Shown here piece by piece: positions 1 through 10,327 of a stretch of 64,000 nucleotides of DNA. Position numbers and translations under genes: made by a program. The notes beneath the pieces were generated by a model that had not been told where the DNA came from, searched no databases, and was given only the letters and a program-made list of their open reading frames with translations. The stretch comes from a virus: positions 21,043 to 85,042 of the IMG/VR virus record IMGVR_UViG_3300012936_000005, one strand, 5' to 3'. Position 1 is the first letter of the stretch, and each line of letters starts with the position of its first letter.

Positions 1-312
1 ACCTTCTAATCCTACTAATAATATTCCCTCTCTATCATTACTTACACCTTCTCTACGCAAGTAAGGAACAAATTCAGCAGTTTTTACTTCATCTTTAAAC
101 TTTTTAACATCAGGACGCAAAGATAATGCTTCAAAATCTCCCAATAAATTTAACTGCAATTCGCATTTTAAGTCATCTGCTGTTGGCTCATATTGTGTAG
201 GATCGTTTTTATACCACTCATAATAATTACTACCAGTGGCTTTATCATTCCTATCATATGCTTTAGTTAAATTTAAAAGATTACCATCTTTATCATATTT
301 TTTTAAGTCCAT
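1..312 (-). CDS. hypothetical protein, partial (runs off the left edge)
   Basis: Not in the ORF track. ATG at 312-310 directly follows the TAA of the upstream gene (TAAATG) and stays open to base 1: MDLKKYDKDGNLLNLTKAYDRND... Confidence 0.7.
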   Translation of the reverse strand, partial: MDLKKYDKDGNLLNLTKAYDRNDKATGSNYYEWYKNDPTQYEPTADDLKCELQLNLLGDFEALSLRPDVKKFKDEVKTAEFVPYLRREGVSNDREGILLVGLEG

Positions 313-957
313 TTATTCCTCCTCAACTTTATATACTTCTTCAAAACTAGGTCGATTATAAATTTGATCTATGTTTTTTCTATCATAGGGCACACTTTTC
401 ATAGCATTAGTTCTAGGATCTAAATATTCTAGTTCGTTACTAGCATATCCTACTCCTAATATTAAACGTATAGGATTATCGACTCCGAACAGTTCTGCAC
501 ATCTTTCAGGATCATGACTGCAATTTTGTGTTATACCTGTGCTAAGTCCTCTATCTTGTAATGCTAACATTATAAATGCGGCTTGAATACCAAATTCTAA
601 ATGGTCATATCTATCAACAGCCGTTGATGTTCTGTTATAAAATTGGTATTGTACTTCTGCTTTAGTAACATCTCTTTGTGAAAATCCAATTAGATAAGGT
701 GCTAGAACTTGCGGATTACCATAATCAGTTTCGATAGGCATTTCATCATTGCGATGACAAATTGTCATTATTTCTTTTCTACGATTAGGCTCATCATTCT
801 TAATACATTTAATAACAAAAGGATATTTTAGATTTTTTGTAGGAGCTTGCATATAAGCATCATACATTGCATCTTTTATTAATTGTACATCTACTTCCTT
901 TGTATAATCCCAAGTATAAGTATTAGTCCTTGCTTTTATTACATCGTTAAATTGCAT
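313..957 (-). CDS. nitroreductase-family flavoprotein
   Basis: Motifs IKARTNTY (R-x-S/T-like), QAPTKNLKYP, EFGIQAAFIMLALQDRGLST and LILGVGY fit the nitroreductase fold. Start moved to MQFND (957), which has an AAGGA SD; the track's 1053 start overlaps the upstream gene by about 100 nt. Confidence 0.75.
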   Translation of the reverse strand: MQFNDVIKARTNTYTWDYTKEVDVQLIKDAMYDAYMQAPTKNLKYPFVIKCIKNDEPNRRKEIMTICHRNDEMPIETDYGNPQVLAPYLIGFSQRDVTKAEVQYQFYNRTSTAVDRYDHLEFGIQAAFIMLALQDRGLSTGITQNCSHDPERCAELFGVDNPIRLILGVGYASNELEYLDPRTNAMKSVPYDRKNIDQIYNRPSFEEVYKVEEE

Positions 958-2062
958 TAAGTTTCCTTTTTGGTATTTTTGAATCTGCACTTGAAACACA
1001 ACTTTCAGTGATACAAGGCATTGCTTTTTCAAACAGTTTAAATCCTGTTTCAATATTTCCTAAAGGAACATCACCGCAACTGTAACTGCGTTTTATACTA
1101 CCGTCTGGTTCACGTATAATTATACCTTGATATCCAGCATTACAATTCCAACCTTTAAACTTGTTAAAATTGAAAGCATTGAATCTTTCTGCTTGATCCA
1201 TATAATATTTATTGCCCTTACTATCTTCCATTTCTACTTGAAAGTGAGGAGGTATAGTTTCTTTTGTATTAAACTCACTCCACTTTTTAAATTTAGCTTT
1301 TGGTCGGTCTGCCCATTTACGTTTGTTTTCTGTATATGCACGTTGAGGCATACCATTATGTAATTTCGCTAATTGTTCTTCCGTATAACCATCAACAACA
1401 AAACTAGCAGTAGGATCACTTTGTGGCTTTAGTGTTACATTAATTCCTTGTTCATGGAAAAACAGTGCATTATCCCAATCCCTTTCAAACCAAGCAGGAA
1501 CCATTACCATGTTTATTGTAACCTGTACATCATGCTCTTGGCAAAATATAAGTTTGTCTGCAAACTCCTGCATTTTTACAGGTGTGTTTACGTGTTCAGT
1601 ATGTAGACTTGCAGTAATACTAGCTCTATGAAATGCTTTAGCATATTCAACATAAGTTTCAAACCAATTAATTTTACGTGAACAATTTGATGTCATATGT
1701 ATACTTGTATAATTTGTATTTTCTACGTCATCGGCGAGATATTTGAGAATGTCCAAGTATCCTGGATGAAAGGTAGGCTCACCCCCTGACAAAGAAAAGT
1801 GAAATGAATTGAAACCGTTTCCTCTGGCTTGTCGCTTGATTTCGTCAATAGTTCGAAGACACAACTCGGTTGGTCTGTGATCTTTTCTGTCACTTCTTGC
1901 GTATGGCCAACAGTAGCTACACCTATAATTACAAAAGCGACCAAGCAACCAACTAACCGTAAATACGTCACGATAGAGCAAAGTGCGTTGGCCCACACTG
2001 ACAATATCCTCAAGTGGTATTTTTGTAAAGTCATAATTACTCCATTTTAAATCTTGAGTCAT
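947..2062 (-). CDS. radical SAM protein (subfamily C) with C-terminal Cys-rich SPASM/twitch-like region
   Basis: CNYRCSYC (CxxxCxxC), SGGEPT, TSN; C-terminal FKGWNC...SC...C...C; paralog of 4103..5275. Confidence 0.9.
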   Translation of the reverse strand: MTQDLKWSNYDFTKIPLEDIVSVGQRTLLYRDVFTVSWLLGRFCNYRCSYCWPYARSDRKDHRPTELCLRTIDEIKRQARGNGFNSFHFSLSGGEPTFHPGYLDILKYLADDVENTNYTSIHMTSNCSRKINWFETYVEYAKAFHRASITASLHTEHVNTPVKMQEFADKLIFCQEHDVQVTINMVMVPAWFERDWDNALFFHEQGINVTLKPQSDPTASFVVDGYTEEQLAKLHNGMPQRAYTENKRKWADRPKAKFKKWSEFNTKETIPPHFQVEMEDSKGNKYYMDQAERFNAFNFNKFKGWNCNAGYQGIIIREPDGSIKRSYSCGDVPLGNIETGFKLFEKAMPCITESCVSSADSKIPKRKLNAI

Positions 2063-2067
2063 AGTTT

Positions 2068-2096
2068 ATTATAGCACCTTATGTTAATTTTGTCAA
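2068..2096 (-). promoter_or_regulatory. perfect sigma70-type promoter for the 2062 radical SAM gene
   Basis: Minus strand TTGACA-aaattaacataaggtgc (17 nt)-TATAAT, then 5 nt to ATG. Confidence 0.85.
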
Positions 2097-2101
2097 TCAT
2101 T

Positions 2102-3043
2102 TTATAACTTCTCTTTGATAAATTGATCTCTTTTATTTTCTTTACATACTTGTTCGCAACGTGGTATTTTGTTTTCTGCTGTCCAACTATTTTTTATATC
2201 AGTCCAAACTTTTCCGTTCATAGCCTCAGCAATACTTACATTAGATAAGTTTATATCTGTCATATAATCTTGTTGTTCGAGTATATCTTCAAATTTATCA
2301 TGCTTATGTCCACTGACAGGATACTCTAGCATTTTAGAATTTAAATGACAGCAAGGAATTACGTTGCCCATATGATTCACAAAGATACGTTTTTGATTAG
2401 CATATTTACAGCTAATACAATTAGATTCTTCTACTTCAGTTTTTTTATGTTTTACGCCGCCTGTGTCTTTCCTATGACTTATTATAGTTTGAAATTTTAC
2501 AAACCCTTCCTGCTTGGCTAGTTCTCTTGCTTCTTCTAATTGGTGTTCATTATGTTCGAAACTAATAAATTGCCAATTTGATTTTCCTCCTGCCGCGATA
2601 AATGCCCTATAGTTTTGTTGTACTTTTTTAAAGTTTGATCCTTCTCTATATCTTTCTGATAATTCATCACTACCATCTATACCCCAAGTTACTCTGTGCG
2701 AAGACGGTAAAATGTTTGCTAATTTTTCCCACCATTTTGTTGTGCGTAAACTACCGTTAGTAGCAATATTAATATGTGCGTTCCAGTCTGCAAAATGTTC
2801 TATAATTTCGTGGAACTGAGGATGACTACAAGGCTCATCTACACTACCACAGAAATTAATTATCTTGATATTAGGAAACATTTCTTTTTGAAACTTTTCT
2901 TTAATAGTATTAAGATCTAAATACGTCTTGTTTAAGATTTTGTCAGCATGATCAGAAATAACACGGAAACAGCCTTTGCAACGAATATTACAAAAACTTG
3001 TAAGTTCTATGTCAATCCATTCTAGTGTATCAGTTGTTAACAT
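2102..3043 (-). CDS. radical SAM protein (subfamily A)
   Basis: CNIRCKGC, GSVDEP, TNG, WGIDG, WQFISFEHNEHQ, C-terminal C...PCC...C...C. Confidence 0.9.
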   Translation of the reverse strand: MLTTDTLEWIDIELTSFCNIRCKGCFRVISDHADKILNKTYLDLNTIKEKFQKEMFPNIKIINFCGSVDEPCSHPQFHEIIEHFADWNAHINIATNGSLRTTKWWEKLANILPSSHRVTWGIDGSDELSERYREGSNFKKVQQNYRAFIAAGGKSNWQFISFEHNEHQLEEARELAKQEGFVKFQTIISHRKDTGGVKHKKTEVEESNCISCKYANQKRIFVNHMGNVIPCCHLNSKMLEYPVSGHKHDKFEDILEQQDYMTDINLSNVSIAEAMNGKVWTDIKNSWTAENKIPRCEQVCKENKRDQFIKEKL

Positions 3044-4110
3044 TATTCAAAGCACCACGGTATAGTTTTTTTACTATTTGTTCCTCTTTTTGCATCTAGA
3101 TCTAATAGATACCTTTGCATAGTTGCATTACCCTCTTTATCAAATTTATAATCTTTATAGAATGTTTTAAGCTCTTGTACTTTTGTTAATTGTAATACTT
3201 TCTGCACAACATGAGGCTTCAAACAATTTACAGATAGAAAATTAGGACTATAAAGTTTATGTATATCATAAGTACCATTCCATTTTCTCCGTATCTTTGT
3301 TACTACTTTATCTACGTTTGGCAAATTCATTGCTTGTACAGTAATATTAAAACTAATATTCATAGGATTTAGATCTACTAATTGCTGAGTATCTCGACAA
3401 AATATATCATGATGTGTAGGAAATCTAATTAATTCGTTAACAGAACCCCAGCCGTCTATACTTACTGAAAAAGTAAGTCTTTCAAATTTTTCTAATGTTT
3501 TTAAAAAACTATCTGTGTTACTTACACCATTAGTTTGTATTTGAATTTCTGTATGCTTACGATTCCATTCATGTTCTGATAATAACTTACAAAATCGTTG
3601 AACACCTTTCATATAAAAAGGCTCTCCACCTGCAATATATATTTTTACAGCTTTATCCTTGCATCTTTCATATACCCAATCCCAATCTAAAGACTCCCTA
3701 ACCTGTCTAAATTGATCAATATTGCCTGTACGGTATTTAGAATATACATCTAAATCTTCATACCATTTACTACTATTACCAGGATTACACATGGCACATT
3801 TTAAGTTACAAGTGTTTCCAGGACGTAAATCCCAAACAATAATTCCCTTATCACCTCTAAGTAAACTCTGCTGTCGCTTACTTTCTCTACCCATAGATTC
3901 GTTCATTACACAGTCATTACATTCAGGTCTTTTCCAATCTCCTTTAAATCTTTCTCTGACTTCATTTATATAATCATTATCTAACAATTCATTTATATCT
4001 TTTACAGTATGTTTTCCTTTTTGCTTGAAAAGACAACAAGGCGTAGTAACATAGCCGCTGTCTTTTTTTTGTATATATAAACTGTTAATTGATTCTAAAC
4101 AATTATGCAT
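3043..4110 (-). CDS. radical SAM protein (subfamily B, N-terminal Cys-rich twitch-like domain)
   Basis: N-terminal C...PCC...CNDC, then CNLKCAMC, AGGEPF, TNG, SIDG, IRFP. Confidence 0.9.
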   Translation of the reverse strand: MHNCLESINSLYIQKKDSGYVTTPCCLFKQKGKHTVKDINELLDNDYINEVRERFKGDWKRPECNDCVMNESMGRESKRQQSLLRGDKGIIVWDLRPGNTCNLKCAMCNPGNSSKWYEDLDVYSKYRTGNIDQFRQVRESLDWDWVYERCKDKAVKIYIAGGEPFYMKGVQRFCKLLSEHEWNRKHTEIQIQTNGVSNTDSFLKTLEKFERLTFSVSIDGWGSVNELIRFPTHHDIFCRDTQQLVDLNPMNISFNITVQAMNLPNVDKVVTKIRRKWNGTYDIHKLYSPNFLSVNCLKPHVVQKVLQLTKVQELKTFYKDYKFDKEGNATMQRYLLDLDAKRGTNSKKTIPWCFE

Positions 4111-5275
4111 TTAACACACCAGTGTCAAAATGTGTTTTGACTGTTTGTAAATATTTTTCTTTAAATTTGCTTTTAGGAGCACACAACCCACAACCACAAG
4201 TATGCTTAGGGCAAATCATTGTTGGCATGGTTTTCGATTCTAATTTATGTTTAAGCTCTGCAATAATTTTTTGTCCTTCACTAATTTTTCCAATTGGTCC
4301 TCTAGTACCGTCAAAACGAGCTTGACAAGTTTGATGATGAAACACTTGATCAGTTTGTTGTTCAAGATGTAAAAAGAACCAGTTTACACTACAATGCCAA
4401 CCTTTAAATTCACGCATGTTAACAAAATTACTTTTTTTACTTGTATCTCCAGAACTTAAACACATTTCTCTTCCGCCGCAACACGGTCTTCCTAGACTCA
4501 TTCCTAATTTTTTCTTTTCGGTTGTTTTTTCGCCTACTGCACTTAACTTATCGTTGTTCAATCCTTCTTCTTTGTACTTCCAATAATTTTTAATAAAATC
4601 TAGTTGATCGTCAGTGTATTTGTGTGCAAAACTAGGTTTGCTATCAGGCTCTTCACCTATTATTCTTGGCACATACCACACACCTAATTGATCTAACCAC
4701 TTGCATAATTCTTTGCACTCGTCAAAATACTGTGCATGAAACATTACATTTACTTTGAATCCAAAATACTTTTTACCGTTAGAATTTTTTGCGGCTTCTG
4801 ATGCTGTATGGAATTGCATAATTCTATCTTTTATTTGATTTTTAAGTTTTTGATCTGCTTCAGTATGATAACTTAGTGTAACAAAACTCATCTTGTCTAT
4901 AATTTGTTGAGCAATTTTAGGACCCATTGCTCCGTTGCTTGTAAGAGAGAATCCAGTGTGCCATCTATCTCTATATCTTTTGTTATATTCTTCTTTTAAG
5001 TATTCAATAAAAGGAATAAAGTTGGGGTTGACTGTAGGCTCTCCTCCTGTAAAACTTATACTTGCTTCTTTAAAATCTCTGTACTGCATATACGTGTCCA
5101 TATATTCAAATAAAAAATCAACACTAGACTTCAATTGATCTAGTGTAGCATGTGGACTAAAATTATCGTGTCTTGTTACTGGGCAGTACGTACAGTCATA
5201 ATTACATCTGCGACCAAGATCCCATGAAACTTGGAATAAATTTCCTGTCAATAAATCTACAGTATCAAAGCTCAC
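4103..5275 (-). CDS. radical SAM protein (subfamily C)
   Basis: WDLGRRCNYDCTYC, TGGEPT, TSNG, FKGWHC, C-terminal CPKHTCGCGLC. Confidence 0.9.
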   Translation of the reverse strand: MSFDTVDLLTGNLFQVSWDLGRRCNYDCTYCPVTRHDNFSPHATLDQLKSSVDFLFEYMDTYMQYRDFKEASISFTGGEPTVNPNFIPFIEYLKEEYNKRYRDRWHTGFSLTSNGAMGPKIAQQIIDKMSFVTLSYHTEADQKLKNQIKDRIMQFHTASEAAKNSNGKKYFGFKVNVMFHAQYFDECKELCKWLDQLGVWYVPRIIGEEPDSKPSFAHKYTDDQLDFIKNYWKYKEEGLNNDKLSAVGEKTTEKKKLGMSLGRPCCGGREMCLSSGDTSKKSNFVNMREFKGWHCSVNWFFLHLEQQTDQVFHHQTCQARFDGTRGPIGKISEGQKIIAELKHKLESKTMPTMICPKHTCGCGLCAPKSKFKEKYLQTVKTHFDTGVLNA

Positions 5276-6665
5276 TGAAAATATCCTTCATTTCAGGAAA
5301 AGTTTCTGCAAAAGTATTCCCGCGTTGAGTGTCGCACCTTTTTAGAAACTCTTGCATTTCTGGCAGACGTCTACTCCAATCTTCACTTTCCATAAAATTA
5401 AGCATACCTTTTAGCCTTTTAATCCCATAGCTTGCTTGCATGAAGTCGTCTTTTTGTACTTTACCTTTGTGCCAACTAGGAATTCCTAGTTCCCAATTTT
5501 CTTCCCACCAAGGATAAAATTCTTCATATTTCTTACGGCACTCAGCCTTAAACCAATTAGGCAAAACTTTTACATTTAAGTGCGGTGGATGATATACAAA
5601 GTGATAATTCACTCCTCCTGCACCAAATGGCCACATGTTAATTTTTTTAAATCCTTGTGTCAGTTTCCATTTTATAAAATCGGGTATATAGTAAATGTTG
5701 AGTGCTTGTACTGCACAAGCCACAGTAACTTCAGTGTTGTTAGGTGTATCATTATCTAGTATATGAAAAACTTCTTCCTGTCTTTTCCATTTACTAGGAT
5801 AACGAATATATTCATTCATTTCTTTTATGCTATCAATGCTGTAATGAAAACGAACTAATTTAAAATGTTTCCATAGGTCAAACAAATCTTCGCGCCATTC
5901 AACTCCATTACTATTATACCTAAGCTCTAAATTTTTAGCATATCCCATTTTAATAGCATGTTCAAGTATTTCATAATGTTCTTCAATAATTAAACTTTCG
6001 CCACCAGCAAAATATATCTGTTGCATACTTGGCATCTGCTCGTAAAATTGTTTCCAGAATGTAGGATTTTGTTTGTGCCAATTATAACTACTTCCATTTG
6101 TACTACCTTTGTCTTGCCACTGCATTGTTTCTTTTAGTGATTCATTTTTTACTGCCGGAAACATTGCTTTCCAATCTTTAATCCAACCTGAACTATCGTG
6201 AGGTGAACACATTACACAAGCAAGTTGACACTTGGTTCCAAATCGTAAATCAATATATGCTAACTGAGGAGGTACGCTACCATCTTCTTTTGTGTTCTCT
6301 AAAAGATTATCTACATCAACACGCTCACTCCAATATGCTGTTTCCCACATACGTTTACTGTTATGACCAGCCGCTTCTTCTTTGAAACATTTTATACAAC
6401 TAGGTGGTACTTCTCCGTTCAGCATTTGTTTACGTACATTACGCATATATGTACTGTTCCATGCTGTTTCAAAATCACTTACATTAAGATTATTAGGACG
6501 TCCTTCTTCATCTTTAAGAATTCCAACTTGGCCGCCATGCTCTTTGTCATTAGTTGGTCCTACAGAACTTGCGTTCGCTGTACAACAAACTCTCATACTT
6601 CCGTCTGGTCTTGTGCTTAGGTGTACCCACGGTAGGATACAAAATGTATCTGAAACTTTACTCAT
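5265..6665 (-). CDS. radical SAM protein (subfamily B)
   Basis: FCILPW...CC...CIKC N-terminal domain; CQLACVMC; AGGES; NSNG; SIDS; YIRYP. Confidence 0.9.
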   Translation of the reverse strand: MSKVSDTFCILPWVHLSTRPDGSMRVCCTANASSVGPTNDKEHGGQVGILKDEEGRPNNLNVSDFETAWNSTYMRNVRKQMLNGEVPPSCIKCFKEEAAGHNSKRMWETAYWSERVDVDNLLENTKEDGSVPPQLAYIDLRFGTKCQLACVMCSPHDSSGWIKDWKAMFPAVKNESLKETMQWQDKGSTNGSSYNWHKQNPTFWKQFYEQMPSMQQIYFAGGESLIIEEHYEILEHAIKMGYAKNLELRYNSNGVEWREDLFDLWKHFKLVRFHYSIDSIKEMNEYIRYPSKWKRQEEVFHILDNDTPNNTEVTVACAVQALNIYYIPDFIKWKLTQGFKKINMWPFGAGGVNYHFVYHPPHLNVKVLPNWFKAECRKKYEEFYPWWEENWELGIPSWHKGKVQKDDFMQASYGIKRLKGMLNFMESEDWSRRLPEMQEFLKRCDTQRGNTFAETFPEMKDIFSEL

Positions 6666-6673
6666 ATATGTAC

Positions 6674-7699
6674 TTATCGTGTTATAGTGGTGGTTAATTG
6701 ATGTACTGGCTCAAATCGTTGTGTAGAAATCTTATTTTCTTTGCAATTTTCTATACACTTAGGAAAAATTCCGCTTTTAATATTATAGAATATATTAGTA
6801 TACCATTCACTATCAAATATATCCTGTATGCTGTTTGAACCGTTTAATCTATGATGTTCAGAGCCATTTTCTTTGCTGTAAAGATCCCATAAATCTTTGA
6901 ATCCGCTTTTTGTTCCCCACCAACAACACGGTACAACATATCCTTGATGCGTAATATATAAACCTTGATCATCTATTTTACTACTGATGCATTTTGGTAA
7001 AACTTTAGGCAACACGTCAAAAGTTTCTCCTTTTGGATCTTTTTTATGTTGACTGTTCTCTCCAAAGTTTTTACGTGGGCTACCAATAAATTTAACTCTA
7101 TGAAATCCTTCTTTTTTTGCTATGTCTTCTATTAAGTTAGCTTGGTGTTCATTGTGAGCAAAGAAAATAAATTGCCATATTGCACAGCCGCCGGCCGCAA
7201 TATATGATCTAAAATTATTTTGTGTTTTTTTCCAGTCAACATTTACTCTGTAAATATGGTTAGTATCTTCAAGACCATCTAAACCAAAATTAACATGTAA
7301 TCGCCAATTATACTTCTTTGAAAGTTGTCCTAATTCTTTCCAGAATTCTGTATTACGTGTTCCGCCATTAGTAGAAACAGTAATTTTTGGTTTGCTAGGA
7401 AATAATTTATCATTTTCGAAAATCCATTTTATAATATCTAATAAGTCTGGATTAGTAGTAGCTTCGTCATAATTACCACACATATGAATAAGTCTTAGAT
7501 CAGTCCATACATCTTTGGATACCCAACTTTTAAATTTTTCTAAACTGACGTATGTGTCATTTATAGTAATCCTATAGTCCATATCTGCCGACCAGTCACT
7601 TACAACTGCTCTTGCACAGGCAGGACATGCGGCATTGCAATAATTTGACATTTCTATTTGTAATTTTGTTTGATTTTTAACAGGTATTTGCCAACTCAT
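6674..7699 (-). CDS. radical SAM protein (subfamily A)
   Basis: CNAACPAC, CGNYDE, TNGG, GLDG...NHIYR, WQFIFFAHNEHQ, PCC. Confidence 0.9.
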   Translation of the reverse strand: MSWQIPVKNQTKLQIEMSNYCNAACPACARAVVSDWSADMDYRITINDTYVSLEKFKSWVSKDVWTDLRLIHMCGNYDEATTNPDLLDIIKWIFENDKLFPSKPKITVSTNGGTRNTEFWKELGQLSKKYNWRLHVNFGLDGLEDTNHIYRVNVDWKKTQNNFRSYIAAGGCAIWQFIFFAHNEHQANLIEDIAKKEGFHRVKFIGSPRKNFGENSQHKKDPKGETFDVLPKVLPKCISSKIDDQGLYITHQGYVVPCCWWGTKSGFKDLWDLYSKENGSEHHRLNGSNSIQDIFDSEWYTNIFYNIKSGIFPKCIENCKENKISTQRFEPVHQLTTTITR

Positions 7700-8742
7700 T
7701 TTTGTTCTACCTGTACATTCTGATATGCTTTATGTGATGCACACGTTCTAATACATCTTCTCAAATGTTTATTGTGTGATGGATTCCAGCTTTCTTCTAA
7801 AACTTTTTCATAGTAAGGATGTTGCATAATCTGTTCTATACTATTTAATCTAAGACTATTCCAGCCTGTTTGAAATTCACTTAGTTTTTCTAGAATATTT
7901 TCTTTATTTTTAAATGCACTATCCCACAAAAAACAGCATGGCCACATTTCCTGTTTAGCACTTATAAATATTTCTCCTTCATGCACATACTTGCAAACTA
8001 TGGTGTCAATAACTTTTTTATCTATTTGATTGTTTTGCATAAGACTATCTAATTTGTAAACTTCTTCTCTGCGATCATGTTGTTTATTACCTGTTGTGGT
8101 TATTACCTTTTTTTCTTTGTTACTTTTCTTTCCTATTTCTGCCACCCAATTATAGTAACTATTACGCATGCCTGTTCTAATAAAAAATTTTAATCCTAAT
8201 TTTTCTGCGTGTGCTTTTGCCGCTTCTATTTCTTGTTCATTATGATCAAATACAATAAAAGTCCATTTATTTTTATTAAATTCTCCTTTGTAACTATTTT
8301 CTGCATATGCTTCAAGATTTCTTTCAATAACATTAAATTTAGTATTAACTCTGTAAATATGATTTGTTTCTCTGTGTCCATCGATACATGCTTGCAAAAT
8401 AAAATTCTTGTGATATTTCTTGCTTAGTAATCCTAAATCATACCATATGCTCTTTGTACCTACACCAGTATTGGTGCTAATAGTTACTATCGCACCGTTT
8501 GATAACAAATATTCAGTGATATCAATGACTTGAGGATGTATCATAGGATCTCCTAATACTCCGCAAAGTCTAATATCTTTACCATCAATATGTTTTTTAG
8601 TAGGTAATATACGTTTTAGATCATCAAGAGAAAAATCTACCACTTCTAGTATATCTCTATTAAGTGTCCTTGCACAACCAGGACAAGCGGCATTACAGTC
8701 ACTTGTAATTTCTAATTCAATTTTTTTAATTCTGTCTATCAT
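7696..8742 (-). CDS. radical SAM protein (subfamily A)
   Basis: CNAACPGC, CGVLGDP, IDG...NHIYR, WTFIVFDHNE, PCC, CIRTC. Confidence 0.9.
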   Translation of the reverse strand: MIDRIKKIELEITSDCNAACPGCARTLNRDILEVVDFSLDDLKRILPTKKHIDGKDIRLCGVLGDPMIHPQVIDITEYLLSNGAIVTISTNTGVGTKSIWYDLGLLSKKYHKNFILQACIDGHRETNHIYRVNTKFNVIERNLEAYAENSYKGEFNKNKWTFIVFDHNEQEIEAAKAHAEKLGLKFFIRTGMRNSYYNWVAEIGKKSNKEKKVITTTGNKQHDRREEVYKLDSLMQNNQIDKKVIDTIVCKYVHEGEIFISAKQEMWPCCFLWDSAFKNKENILEKLSEFQTGWNSLRLNSIEQIMQHPYYEKVLEESWNPSHNKHLRRCIRTCASHKAYQNVQVEQK

Positions 8743-9806
8743 TTGAACTGCTCTGCAAACGGGTCAAACTCTGCACCACACTTCATAGCACAAACTTTTA
8801 ATTTTCCTTCTCCGCAAGTTGGCTTCGACCAACTATCTTGTATTGTGTTAAATATACCTGTCTCAAAAACTTTATCTAATCCAGAACGTGCATCTAATGC
8901 ATTTTTGTTAGGAATAAAGTCCCATATTTGTTCTACTTTAGGATCTTTATGCCACCACTTGTACATGCGTCCTGCTGTCCAACAACAAGGCAAAGCTAAA
9001 CCTTCTGCTGTTATATATAAACTATTTTCTTTTTTAACTTTACATATAATAGGAGCCGCATCATAATATGCATCCATACTACCATATTTTTTAATAATAA
9101 TGTCTTGTTTTTGTAATGCTTTATTTTGATATTTTTTATCAGGTTTTCTTAATTGTGTTGTTTCTTTACCTTTCTTATCAACTGCTTGATGTGATTCTTT
9201 TTTCTTACTATCTTGTGTAATAAAACGTCCTGTCTTTTTTGCAGTAAATTTTTCAAAACCTTTTTGCTTACTTAATTTTTCTGCTTCTTCTACTTGATGT
9301 TGATTGTGTTCAAAAATTAAAAAGTCCCAACGAGCTCGACCGCCTGCTTCTATAAAAGCGTCCATACTACGCTCTACATTGTTCCAGTTAACGCCTTGGC
9401 GATATAAATGATTAGTATCACGAAGACCATCAACGCTAAAAATAACAGACCCCATCCGACCAAAAATTGTTGCCAGGTTGCTCCACCATACTTCATCTCT
9501 TGCTCCTGCATTTGTATTCATACTTAGCCACATGTTTTTATTGTGTTCTCTAAAGTATGCAAATATTTCTAATGTATCTCGTGCAACAATAGGGTCACCT
9601 AGATTGCCACACATATACATAGTGTCAAGTTGCTTGATAAATTTAGGAGAAAATATCTTCTTACAATCTTCTAATGACAATTCATCTAAATTAATATGTG
9701 GATTTACACCTTGACCGTTACAATTTCTATCACACATAGGACAAGCCGCCTGGCAATTTTGTGTTACCTCTAGATGTATAGTTTTTATGTCTTTGTAAAA
9801 ATACAC
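8739..9806 (-). CDS. radical SAM protein (subfamily A)
   Basis: CQAACPMC, CGNLGDP, FSVDG...NHLYR, WDFLIFEHNQHQ, PCC, CAMKC. Confidence 0.9.
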   Translation of the reverse strand: MYFYKDIKTIHLEVTQNCQAACPMCDRNCNGQGVNPHINLDELSLEDCKKIFSPKFIKQLDTMYMCGNLGDPIVARDTLEIFAYFREHNKNMWLSMNTNAGARDEVWWSNLATIFGRMGSVIFSVDGLRDTNHLYRQGVNWNNVERSMDAFIEAGGRARWDFLIFEHNQHQVEEAEKLSKQKGFEKFTAKKTGRFITQDSKKKESHQAVDKKGKETTQLRKPDKKYQNKALQKQDIIIKKYGSMDAYYDAAPIICKVKKENSLYITAEGLALPCCWTAGRMYKWWHKDPKVEQIWDFIPNKNALDARSGLDKVFETGIFNTIQDSWSKPTCGEGKLKVCAMKCGAEFDPFAEQFK

Positions 9807-10327
9807 TATGTTAGTACCCTTTGCATTGATAAAACTATTTTTAATTGTGATGTATAAAATGCATCTACTCCATGATATCCGTTAGCTATATACCATGCGT
9901 CAGCATCTAAATATTTGAAGTGTAATCCGTTTTTGTTTTTAATTACTGCTATATTTTTTAAATGTGCATCTTGATTAACAAAAAATCTGTTATCGTTCCA
10001 TTCACTACTTAATCCCATTGATGCTGTCCATGTATGATTAATACATTTGAACAGTCTTATATAATCTGCTTTAGTTAAGACTTTACTCTTATGCGGTTCT
10101 AATAGTTTGTACAAATCTGTTTCGATGCCCTCTAAATATTCCATTGAGTATGTATGCTCATCTATTAAATCTATTATCTTTACAATATGAGGAGTTCTAT
10201 TTTGCAGATTTTTATAACAACGAAACCATTCTTTAGTAAGTGGCTTTCTTTTTAGAGTCTTAATTAAAATATTATTTTTAGTATCATGTACTATCCTAGA
10301 TACATCTGTGTTCCATATTTCTTTCAT
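9806..10327 (-). CDS. short protein-kinase-like (APH/Kdo/choline-kinase-type) phosphotransferase
   Basis: LIK (beta3 Lys), MEYLEG hinge, QDAHLKNI catalytic-loop-like, YLD Mg-binding-like. Confidence 0.55.
   Translation of the reverse strand: MKEIWNTDVSRIVHDTKNNILIKTLKRKPLTKEWFRCYKNLQNRTPHIVKIIDLIDEHTYSMEYLEGIETDLYKLLEPHKSKVLTKADYIRLFKCINHTWTASMGLSSEWNDNRFFVNQDAHLKNIAVIKNKNGLHFKYLDADAWYIANGYHGVDAFYTSQLKIVLSMQRVLT

Noticed and set aside
958-1053. N-terminal extension of the nitroreductase in the ORF track
   Set aside because: Overlaps the upstream radical SAM gene; the ATG at 957 has an SD and matches the fold start.
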